From the NCBI RefSeq assembly GCF_037902255.1, contig NZ_CP147990.1:2400001-2432000 (forward strand): 32,000 bases of DNA. Direction: 5' to 3'. The notes under the pieces are model-generated. The model was given only the letters and a program-made list of their open reading frames with translations. It made no database searches and was not told the DNA's origin. Shown here in pieces: positions 16,870-23,878 of this stretch. The position numbers were made by a program, and so were the translations under genes. This DNA is from Candidatus Electrothrix sp. GW3-4 (GTDB lineage Bacteria; Desulfobacterota; Desulfobulbia; Desulfobulbales; Desulfobulbaceae). Each line of letters starts with the position of its first letter. Position 1 is the first letter of the stretch.

Positions 16870-18108
16870 CTATACTATATCATTAATCATTGTAGGAGAT
16901 GTTACAGGAATACAAACCTGCTTTATCTCCTCTTCTATAACCAAGGGTTTATCAATAAAAAACTGGTAAACCGACCGTGGTTGCTTTAGCGAAGTGATAC
17001 AGTTACGTAACTCATCTTCACTATTAAGAAATCTTATTGATAATTTATTATTCCTAGTCTGTTGCTTATTAATTGTAGAAAAACAAAACCTTGCTCCCTG
17101 AAAAGGGTATCCATCACAAAAACAGCAACCTTCTCTATGTAAATCCTCTTTAATTTTCACTAGTCTTTCCTGATTTATTTTATTAAGAAAAATATACGGA
17201 GCATAACGTTCTTCATCTGGTTTACGTGTAAATTTATGACTACTCCACTTATCACGGATTCTATTCAAGGTTTGCATAACATCTACATCAGAAGAAATTT
17301 CAGGAACGTCAATAATAAAAAATCTTGCTTTAGGATCAACATTTCTTTTACTGAAATATTTTAACCTCATATCTTTACAATAGGCCTTCTGATTTTTTTC
17401 CCGAAGAAGCCATGCATTATATACTGCATGCTTCGGTTTTATTTTCTGTAAAAAATCATTCTTCGTAATTGTTCGATCTTCAATTTTCTTATTGCTGGCA
17501 AGCCTTGAAATCAAAGTAAGAGATGAAGGATATATGTATTCTTCAGCTTCGAGTTGCGTCACGCTTAACGTTGAAGCTAACTTTTCTATCACTATTCTTT
17601 TATGTTCTTTATATTCAGAGCATAATTCCAAAGAGAATTGAGAAGCGAATCCTTTCAAATCATCATCTGTTGCTCCAACCTCATCTTGTATATTGATATG
17701 CCTGAAAGACTCTTTTTCCGAATTATCCTTAACTTTTTCTTTTCGTACCAATATAGATTTGATAACCTCAAGAGTTATGCTATCGTCCGAATAATTGGTT
17801 TCCTTAAAATAACCATAAAGAAAATATCGCTTATTCACCCTCTCCTCTAGCTTCAACCCAATATAATTTTTAATCATTGGCAAAATTGCATCTCTCAAAA
17901 CAGAGCCTGTCAACTTCTTTCCTGCATAGTATTTACATTGAAAATATAAAGACAAATCAGCTAAGTGCAGATCAAAGTCTTCAGTGCCTTCTACTTTACA
18001 TAATGACGTACAATCTGATCCCAATATTTTATTTATAGTCGCATCAAATTGAAAAATATAACCACGAATAGTCGCTGAAGCTTCTCTGTCTTTATTTGTT
18101 TTTGTCAT
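16870..18108 (-). CDS. Cap4-like / DUF4297-like nuclease-domain protein, the HerA partner
   Basis: The N-terminus has the GYIFQ ... VEGTEDFD ... FQCKYY pattern. This matches the G-[FY]-x-[FY]-Q / ExxED / QxK PD-(D/E)xK signature of DUF4297/Cap4-type nucleases. It lies 11 nt upstream of herA on the same strand. I do not recognise the C-terminal part of about 270 aa. Confidence 0.65.
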   Translation of the reverse strand: MTKTNKDREASATIRGYIFQFDATINKILGSDCTSLCKVEGTEDFDLHLADLSLYFQCKYYAGKKLTGSVLRDAILPMIKNYIGLKLEERVNKRYFLYGYFKETNYSDDSITLEVIKSILVRKEKVKDNSEKESFRHINIQDEVGATDDDLKGFASQFSLELCSEYKEHKRIVIEKLASTLSVTQLEAEEYIYPSSLTLISRLASNKKIEDRTITKNDFLQKIKPKHAVYNAWLLREKNQKAYCKDMRLKYFSKRNVDPKARFFIIDVPEISSDVDVMQTLNRIRDKWSSHKFTRKPDEERYAPYIFLNKINQERLVKIKEDLHREGCCFCDGYPFQGARFCFSTINKQQTRNNKLSIRFLNSEDELRNCITSLKQPRSVYQFFIDKPLVIEEEIKQVCIPVTSPTMINDIV

Positions 18109-18139
18109 TTCTTGAAATAATTTTTTAATTATCCAAAAC

Positions 18140-18168
18140 TTGATACTAAGTTAACCGAAATATCTCAA
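18140..18168 (-). promoter_or_regulatory. candidate promoter of the nuclease-herA operon (TTGAGA-N17-TATCAA)
   Basis: On the minus strand the -35-like element is at 18168-18163 and the -10-like element at 18145-18140, about 30 nt upstream of the ATG at 18108. The background is AT-rich, so chance matches are likely. Confidence 0.25.
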
Positions 18169-18278
18169 AGTTATTTTTTTTGTCGTCTAACAAATATATC
18201 AAGACAAGGAGCACGAAGAAAACCAACGCCTCTCCACACTCCCCATCTCACCGGGCACGCGATTGCCACGCACCCGGT

Positions 18279-18309
18279 AAAAAAATACCTCCTGCTCCCC
18301 CAGGAGCAG
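18279..18309 (-). terminator. candidate intrinsic terminator after the 18316-18714 gene
   Basis: On the minus strand the stem is CTGCTCC-tggg-GGAGCAG (18309-18292), followed by gaggta and T7 (18285-18279). The 6-nt spacer before the T-run is not ideal. Confidence 0.4.
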
Positions 18310-18315
18310 ACTCAC

Positions 18316-18714
18316 TCACGCCTCTTCATCCTCCTTCCTCTTCCCCTTCTTCCGCTCACTGGCCCGCGTCCCGCCGACCATATCATACTCCGTGGAGTCC
18401 GCGCCAAAAACACCCTTCACCGTTGACCGCGATCGGACAATATAGTCACTCAGATCTTCAGCCAGTTCACCCTTCTCGTTCACCAACCGGGTCTTATCGG
18501 CATTCACGGAATCAATTTCACGGACCTTTGCCTCCAGCGCATTAATTTTTGTTGCCATCACGTCGGCGGAAATGGCATCCGGCAGCCCGTCTCCTATTTT
18601 CTCCAATGCCTCTTTCACCTGATGAGCCTCTTTAAGCAATTTGGGCACACTTCCTGTCAACCTGATGACCTTCTTTGATTCTGCGCACAGGCCCGAACAA
18701 AAAAAAGAGGCCAT
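18316..18714 (-). CDS. hypothetical coiled-coil protein with a basic/acidic tail
   Basis: The 132-aa ORF has heptad-like content (LLKEAHQVKEALEKI..., KINALEAKVREIDSVNADKTRLVNEKGELAEDL). The start is uncertain because the first codons overlap a repeat unit. Confidence 0.5.
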   Translation of the reverse strand: MASFFCSGLCAESKKVIRLTGSVPKLLKEAHQVKEALEKIGDGLPDAISADVMATKINALEAKVREIDSVNADKTRLVNEKGELAEDLSDYIVRSRSTVKGVFGADSTEYDMVGGTRASERKKGKRKEDEEA

Positions 18715-18927
18715 ATTTTTTAAAATAGTCGTTGTCCTTTTCTTTAAAGAGGCCCTTCTTTTAAAAAAAGCCCCCTCTATTTTTAAAGAGAAGCCCTCCT
18801 CTTTAAAAAAGAAGACCTACATTTTAAAAAGAGGCCACTCATTTTTTAAATTGGACCGCCCCTCTCGAAAAAGAAAGGCGTCTTTTTTTCAATTAGAGCT
18901 CTCTATTTTTAAAAAGATCGTCTTCTC
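18699..18927. repeat. array of about 11 degenerate 16-26-bp units (T-run, A-run, then a G/C-rich core ending CTC)
   Basis: Reading the plus strand, the units are ...AAAAAAAAGAGGCCAT / ATTTTTTAAAATAGTCGTTGTCC / TTTTCTTTAAAGAGGCCCTTC / TTTTAAAAAAAGCCCCCTC / TATTTTTAAAGAGAAGCCCTCCTC / TTTAAAAAAGAAGACCTAC / ATTTTAAAAAGAGGCCACTC / ATTTTTTAAATTGGACCGCCCCTCTC / GAAAAAGAAAGGCGTC / TTTTTTTCAATTAGAGCTCTC / TATTTTTAAAAAGATCGTCTTCTC. Confidence 0.8.
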
Positions 18928-18995
18928 TGATTGCTCGCTATAGCCCTTGGCAAGAAATACCCTTGTGTTACCATAGAAATATCCTCTGCGCAACG

Positions 18996-19035
18996 AGGTA
19001 CATATACCTAATTTTTCCTAGGTATATATACCTAG
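18996..19035. promoter_or_regulatory. two adjacent palindromic operator-like sites (AGGTAyATATACCT)
   Basis: AGGTACATATACCT lies at 18996-19009. A perfect 18-bp palindrome, CTAGGTATATATACCTAG, lies at 19018-19035. The centres are about 24 bp apart. Confidence 0.5.
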
Positions 19036-19280
19036 ACCAAGAAATCTCCTTGCCGGAGAAGAGGATTGCGGCCTCGGCCCCTTTGGGCCAGGAAAAAGAG
19101 GCAGGAATGGAGGCCAAAAAAATCACCAAGGATTCTATCGAAAAAGAGAAAAGAACCGCTGTGGGCAACCAGGGGGAGAAAAAGAAGACTTGCCCAGAGC
19201 TTTGTTAGCGGGTATTGCTTTAACAAGATCGCCAAGTCCCGGGCCAATAAGAAGAAGACAGAAGAGAGAGATAAGCAAGC

Positions 19281-19811
19281 ATGCAAGCAATGATAAACAC
19301 CCCACCATATACCTGCGGCATCCTGACCCTGAGCGATAAAGGCGCCAAGGGCGAACGGGAAGACACCTCCGGCCCCCTGCTCAAGCAGCTCCTGACCGCA
19401 CAGGGCTTCCAGGTAAAGGCCTATCAAATCATTCCTGATCAGCAACTCCTGATAGAGGCCTTCCTGATCAAGTGGGTGGATGAAAAGGGGATCGATTTGA
19501 TCGTCACCACCGGCGGAACCGGGGTTTCACCGAGCGATCGGACCCCGGAGGCCACCCGTCAGATCATTGACCTGGAAATCCCCGGCATTGCCGAGGCCAT
19601 GCGTCAAGCAAGCCTGGCCAAGACACCGCAGGCCATCTGGTCACGGGGTATTGCTGGCATTCGGAAGAAATCCCTGATTATTAATCTGCCAGGGAGTGAG
19701 CGGGGGGCAAAAGAGAATATCGAGGCGGTTCTGCCCGCCCTTGCGCACGGTTTGTACAAGATCAAGGGCGGGACAGCGGATTGCGGGGAGAAAAGGGAGG
19801 GAAAGGATTAA
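19281..19811 (+). CDS. moaB: molybdenum cofactor biosynthesis protein, MoaB/MogA family
   Basis: GILTLSDKG...DLIVTTGGTGVSPSDRTPEAT...INLPGSERGAKE is the canonical MoaB/Mog pattern. Confidence 0.85.
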   Translation: MQAMINTPPYTCGILTLSDKGAKGEREDTSGPLLKQLLTAQGFQVKAYQIIPDQQLLIEAFLIKWVDEKGIDLIVTTGGTGVSPSDRTPEATRQIIDLEIPGIAEAMRQASLAKTPQAIWSRGIAGIRKKSLIINLPGSERGAKENIEAVLPALAHGLYKIKGGTADCGEKREGKD

Positions 19812-20878
19812 TTGTCCCCGAGTCCGTTAATCACAACCTGGGGTTCTCCTTCCTTGGCTGCCAGCACCTCACCGATCAGGAAGGGTTCTTCCCCCAGGGC
19901 CCTGAAATGCTGCATCACCGAGTCAGCATCGTCAGCTTTCACCACGGCCATCATCCCGATCCCCATATTAAAGGTCCGGTACATCTCGGCCTCCGGGATA
20001 GCCCCCTTTTCCTGGAGAAAGGCAAAGATCAGCGGCTTGTCCCAACTGTCTTTCTCAATCACGGCCCGGCAGCCCTTGGGCAGGACCCGGGGGATGTTAT
20101 CAATAAAGCCGCCACCGGTGTTATGGACTAAGCTGTGGACAGGATAACGATGCAAGACCCCCAGCACACTCTGGACGTAGATCCGGGTCGGCTTAATCAG
20201 CTCCTCGCCAATGGTGCAGCCCAGCTCCGCCACCTGATCATCCACGCTCAGGCCCAGGTCCTCAAAGATAATCTTGCGGACCAGGGAAAAGCCATTGGAA
20301 TGGAGGCCGGATGAGGCAAGACCGATAATCTTATTGCCCACCCGCACATCACTGCCATCAACAATCTTGTCGCGCTCAGCAATACCCACGGAAAAGCCTG
20401 CCAGATCATAATCACCGGGTTGATAGAGCCCTGGCATCTCGGCTGTCTCACCCCCGATCAGGGAACACTTGGCCTGCTTACAGCCCTCGGCGATCCCCTT
20501 GACCACGTCGGTGGCCTCATCAAGATCAAGGGAGGAGCAGGAAAAATAATCAAGAAAGAACAGAGGCTTTGCCCCGCTGACAATGATATCGTTGACACAC
20601 ATGGCCACCAAATCAATACCGATGGTGTCGTGTTTGTTGCAAAGTTGGGCAATTTTTAGTTTAGTGCCAACACCGTCTGTCGAGGCGATGAGTACAGGAT
20701 CTTGACAGTTGGCATTACCAATGCTGAACAGGCCGGAAAATCCACCGATATCATCAATAACAGTACGACTATGGGTGGCAGAGACGATATCTTTAATACG
20801 AGAGACAAAGGCGTTGCCCTTATCGATATCAACCCCGGCCTCACTATATTTTGATGCTGCTGTTTCGGATGCTGTCAT
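19808..20878 (-). CDS. purM: phosphoribosylformylglycinamidine cyclo-ligase (AIR synthetase)
   Basis: YSEAGVDIDKGN...IGGFSGLF...STDGVGTKLKIA...GGETAEMPG is colinear with PurM. Its stop overlaps the convergent moaB stop. Confidence 0.95.
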   Translation of the reverse strand: MTASETAASKYSEAGVDIDKGNAFVSRIKDIVSATHSRTVIDDIGGFSGLFSIGNANCQDPVLIASTDGVGTKLKIAQLCNKHDTIGIDLVAMCVNDIIVSGAKPLFFLDYFSCSSLDLDEATDVVKGIAEGCKQAKCSLIGGETAEMPGLYQPGDYDLAGFSVGIAERDKIVDGSDVRVGNKIIGLASSGLHSNGFSLVRKIIFEDLGLSVDDQVAELGCTIGEELIKPTRIYVQSVLGVLHRYPVHSLVHNTGGGFIDNIPRVLPKGCRAVIEKDSWDKPLIFAFLQEKGAIPEAEMYRTFNMGIGMMAVVKADDADSVMQHFRALGEEPFLIGEVLAAKEGEPQVVINGLGDN

Positions 20879-21068
20879 TGTTTTATCTATGCATGAAGTT
20901 GAAAGTAGTCCCGGAACAATATCTGGTTGTCAGATCAGAAACTTCTTCAGTTGTTCAGCAGTCCGGGCTGCCGGATGTTTCGAGTATATTACTTTTTTCA
21001 TGTTGCTTGTCAATATCTTTGTATGATGATTGCAACAGTGGATTCCATTTGGTATAGGTGAGTTGCCC

Positions 21069-21269
21069 ATGAAGACACTTGTTAGCCTGATCGGTCTGGT
21101 TCTGATCCTTGAAGGACTGCCCTATGTCGTTTCTCCAGAGGCCATGCAGCGCTGGCTTAAACAGCTCACAGAGATGCCTCCAGGGGCCCTGCGGGTGGCG
21201 GGCGTCATGGCCTTGCTCCTTGGTTTTTTGCTCTGCTATATCGGCCAGCGGAGCGGCCTGCTGGACTGA
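21069..21269 (+). CDS. DUF2065-like small membrane protein
   Basis: MKTLVSLIGLVLILEGLPYVVSPEAMQRWL...LRVAGVMALLLGFLL. The start is taken at the internal ATG at 21069. Confidence 0.6.
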   Translation: MKTLVSLIGLVLILEGLPYVVSPEAMQRWLKQLTEMPPGALRVAGVMALLLGFLLCYIGQRSGLLD

Positions 21270-21350
21270 AGACAGACGGATCTTTTTATGAATTGACGAT
21301 AACTCCACACGCGGATAAAAGGGTCCTGGCCCTCCAGCTGAGGTGAATGT

Positions 21351-22733
21351 ATGGAAAGAACAGCAAAACGGGAAATGATCGGCTTTGAAGGCAAGGTGCT
21401 GCTTGACACCCTCCGCCGTCTCCACCGCAAAGGGGCCACGGAGAACCTGCTTAAGCTGATCCTGAAAACCCATCCTGCCGACCTGGCCTGGGTCTTCCGT
21501 TCCCTCCCTCCAGCTGACCGCAAAAAGCTCTTTGAAATCATTGCCAACACCGAGCTGGTGGCCGACTTCTTCAGTGAGCTGGACGATGCCATCATTGTGG
21601 AACTGGCAGAAGACCTTACCCCGATCTTTCTTGCCGATGTTATCAGCAAGATGGCCCCTGATGATGCGGCTGACCTGTTGGACATCATCGCCGATGAGCT
21701 GGCTACCGATGTGCGAACATACATGGAACGGCATGACCGCGACGAACTTGAAGAACTGCTCAAGTATGATCCGGAAACAGCCGGTGGCATCATGTCCCCG
21801 GACTTCATGTACCTGGATGAAGAGCTGACCGTGGAAGAGGCCATCAAAAAGGTCCAGAAGCGGAGTGAAGATAAGGAGATGGTCTTTTATCTCTATATCA
21901 CCCACGGTGATGGGCACCTGACCGGGGTCCTCTCCCTCAGAGAGCTGCTCCTCCATCCCATGCACCGCCAGCTGAAAAATATCATGAATCATCCGGTGAT
22001 CTCGGTGACCACGGATATGGATCAGGGCGAGGTCGCCCATATCGTCTCCCAATATAACCTATTGGCGATCCCGGTGGTGGATGCCACCTTTAAGCTCATC
22101 GGTATTATCACTGTGGATGATGTTATTGACGTTATCCGGGAAGAGGCCACAGAAGACTTTCTCCAGATGGCCGGAGCAGGCAAGGACAATGAGATCCTGC
22201 TCAAGCCCCTGCACCAGAAGATCATCCTCCGCGCGCCCTGGCTCTTTGCCTCCTGGATCGGCGGGATAACAGCCATGTTCATCATTAACGGCTTCCAGCA
22301 TGAGTTGCAGAAGGTCCTGGCCCTGGCCTCCTTTATCCCCATCATCGCCGGTATGGGCGGCAATATCGCCACCCAATCCAGTACCATTGTGGTGCGGGGA
22401 ATGGCCACCGGTCGGGTCAATATGCCCCAGTTCTTTCAGATTGTCGGGCGGGAAACCCTGGTCGGGATTGTTCTCGGTTTTATCTTCGGTATCCTCCTGG
22501 GCGTGACCGCCTCGTTCAAATATTCCGCCTCTGCCTATCTCGGTGTGGTGGTGGGGATCTCGGTCTGCTCTGTTATGATCATGGCGGCCAGCCTGGGCAC
22601 GATCATCCCCATGTTGCTTAAACGCTTTCATATTGATGCGGCCATTGCCACTGGCCCCTTTATCACCACCTCCATCGATGTTCTCGGTATCAGTCTCTAC
22701 TTTTCCGTTGCAAAATATATGCTGAAGATCTGA
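21351..22733 (+). CDS. mgtE: magnesium transporter MgtE
   Basis: The protein has an MgtE N-domain, a CBS pair (VISVTTDMDQGEVAHIVSQYNLLAIPVVD) and a TM domain with the PIIAGMGGNIATQSSTIVVRG signature. Confidence 0.92.
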   Translation: MERTAKREMIGFEGKVLLDTLRRLHRKGATENLLKLILKTHPADLAWVFRSLPPADRKKLFEIIANTELVADFFSELDDAIIVELAEDLTPIFLADVISKMAPDDAADLLDIIADELATDVRTYMERHDRDELEELLKYDPETAGGIMSPDFMYLDEELTVEEAIKKVQKRSEDKEMVFYLYITHGDGHLTGVLSLRELLLHPMHRQLKNIMNHPVISVTTDMDQGEVAHIVSQYNLLAIPVVDATFKLIGIITVDDVIDVIREEATEDFLQMAGAGKDNEILLKPLHQKIILRAPWLFASWIGGITAMFIINGFQHELQKVLALASFIPIIAGMGGNIATQSSTIVVRGMATGRVNMPQFFQIVGRETLVGIVLGFIFGILLGVTASFKYSASAYLGVVVGISVCSVMIMAASLGTIIPMLLKRFHIDAAIATGPFITTSIDVLGISLYFSVAKYMLKI

Positions 22734-22735
22734 CC

Positions 22736-23854
22736 ATGCGCTCTTTTCGTTCTTCTTTCCAGGGCAAGAACCCCTTTGTCCTGTCCCTGCTTGTTGTTGC
22801 GGTTCTCTATCTCCTCTTTCACACCCTGTATCCGGAACTCGGTCGGCATGATCATAATGCCGAACCCAAACCGATCACAGCCCGGGGGGATCTGGCAGAT
22901 GACGAAAAGAACACCATTGCCGTATTCCGGGAGGTCTCGCCCTCAGTGGTCTACATCACCACCATTGAGCTGCAACGCAATCTTTTCACCCTCAACGTCT
23001 ACGAGATCCCCAAGGGCACCGGCTCCGGTTTTATCTGGGATAAAGAAGGCCGGATTGTGACGAATTACCATGTTATTGCCGATGCCAGTCGCATTGAGGT
23101 GACCCTGGCTGATCATAGCACCTGGAAAGCGGCCCTGGTCGGGGCTGCGCCGGACCGTGATCTGGCCGTGCTCCAGATCACTGCCCCCAGGGACAAACTG
23201 CGCCCCATCATGGTCGGTGAATCCCAAGACCTCTTAGTGGGCCAGAAGGTCTTTGCCATCGGCAATCCCTTTGGCCTGGATCAGACCCTGACCACCGGGG
23301 TGGTCAGCGCCCTGGGCCGGGAAATCAAATCCGTGACCAACCGCATCATCCACAATGTCATCCAGACCGATGCGGCCATTAACCCGGGCAACTCCGGCGG
23401 CCCCCTCTTAGACAGCGCCGGTCGCCTGATCGGGGTCAACACCATGATCTACAGCCCCTCCGGGGCAAACTCCGGGGTCGGCTTTGCCGTGCCGGTCCAT
23501 GAGGTCAATCGAGTAGTGCCCCAGATTATCCGCCACGGTAAGATGTTCCGGCCCGGCCTGGGAATCAGCGTTGCCCCGCAAAGCGTGGTCCGGGAGCTGA
23601 ATCTGGAAGGCATTCTGATCCTCAACGTGGCAGCAGGGTCCTCAGCAGAAAAAGCTGGCCTGCGGGGCACCAAACAGGTCTGGGGCGGCCTGATCCTGGG
23701 AGATATCATCCTGGGGATCAACGGGGTTCGGCTCAAAGACTATAACCAGTTACGGGATGAGGTGGAGAAACACCAGGTCGGAGAGACAGTGACCCTGACC
23801 CTGCTGCGGGATAATCACCAGATTGAGATTTCAGTCCCCCTTGAAGCAATCTGA
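22736..23854 (+). CDS. HtrA/DegP-like S1C serine protease with one PDZ domain
   Basis: There is an N-terminal TM/signal segment. The catalytic regions are TNYHVI (His), DLAVLQI (Asp) and GNSGGPLLD (Ser). A PDZ-like C-terminus follows (GDIILGINGVRL). Confidence 0.88.
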   Translation: MRSFRSSFQGKNPFVLSLLVVAVLYLLFHTLYPELGRHDHNAEPKPITARGDLADDEKNTIAVFREVSPSVVYITTIELQRNLFTLNVYEIPKGTGSGFIWDKEGRIVTNYHVIADASRIEVTLADHSTWKAALVGAAPDRDLAVLQITAPRDKLRPIMVGESQDLLVGQKVFAIGNPFGLDQTLTTGVVSALGREIKSVTNRIIHNVIQTDAAINPGNSGGPLLDSAGRLIGVNTMIYSPSGANSGVGFAVPVHEVNRVVPQIIRHGKMFRPGLGISVAPQSVVRELNLEGILILNVAAGSSAEKAGLRGTKQVWGGLILGDIILGINGVRLKDYNQLRDEVEKHQVGETVTLTLLRDNHQIEISVPLEAI

Positions 23855-23878
23855 GGAAACCACACCGGCACAATCATC

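Noticed and set aside
13694-18280. Integrase, att sites or tRNA marking the AT-rich islet as a classical genomic island
   Set aside because: There is no integrase or recombinase ORF other than the IS transposase, no tRNA-like sequence, and no convincing direct repeats at the two compositional boundaries.
18641-18943. The 100-aa plus-strand ORF (FFKEALLLKKAPSIFKEKPSS...), and the 121-aa Pro/Ser-rich ORF at 18180..18545
   Set aside because: The first is a translation artefact of the T/A-run repeat array. The second is the antisense shadow of the 18316-18714 gene. Both have low-complexity composition and no start context.
18100-19300. Clear DnaA-box clusters (TTATCCACA) that would prove an oriC
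   Set aside because: I saw only single weak matches, for example TTATCCAAA near 18130 and TGTGGGCAA near 19162. There is no cluster of consensus boxes. The origin idea is kept only as a low-confidence hypothesis.
21270-21350. An M-box (Mg2+) riboswitch upstream of mgtE
   Set aside because: The intergenic leader is only about 80 nt, too short for an M-box aptamer of about 160 nt. I saw no recognisable conserved M-box segments.
20955-22052. The 365-aa minus-strand ORF, plus other long antisense ORFs (21236..21847, 22059..22631, 7739..8425, 11916..12779, 2994..3815, 1717..2334, 5479..5979)
   Set aside because: Each lies fully opposite a gene with clear family motifs (mgtE, rluA-like, GNAT/mscS, DegT, the secreted protein, panC). 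Their composition is biased (Ser/Arg/Gly/His-rich), which is typical of shadow frames in G+C-rich genes.
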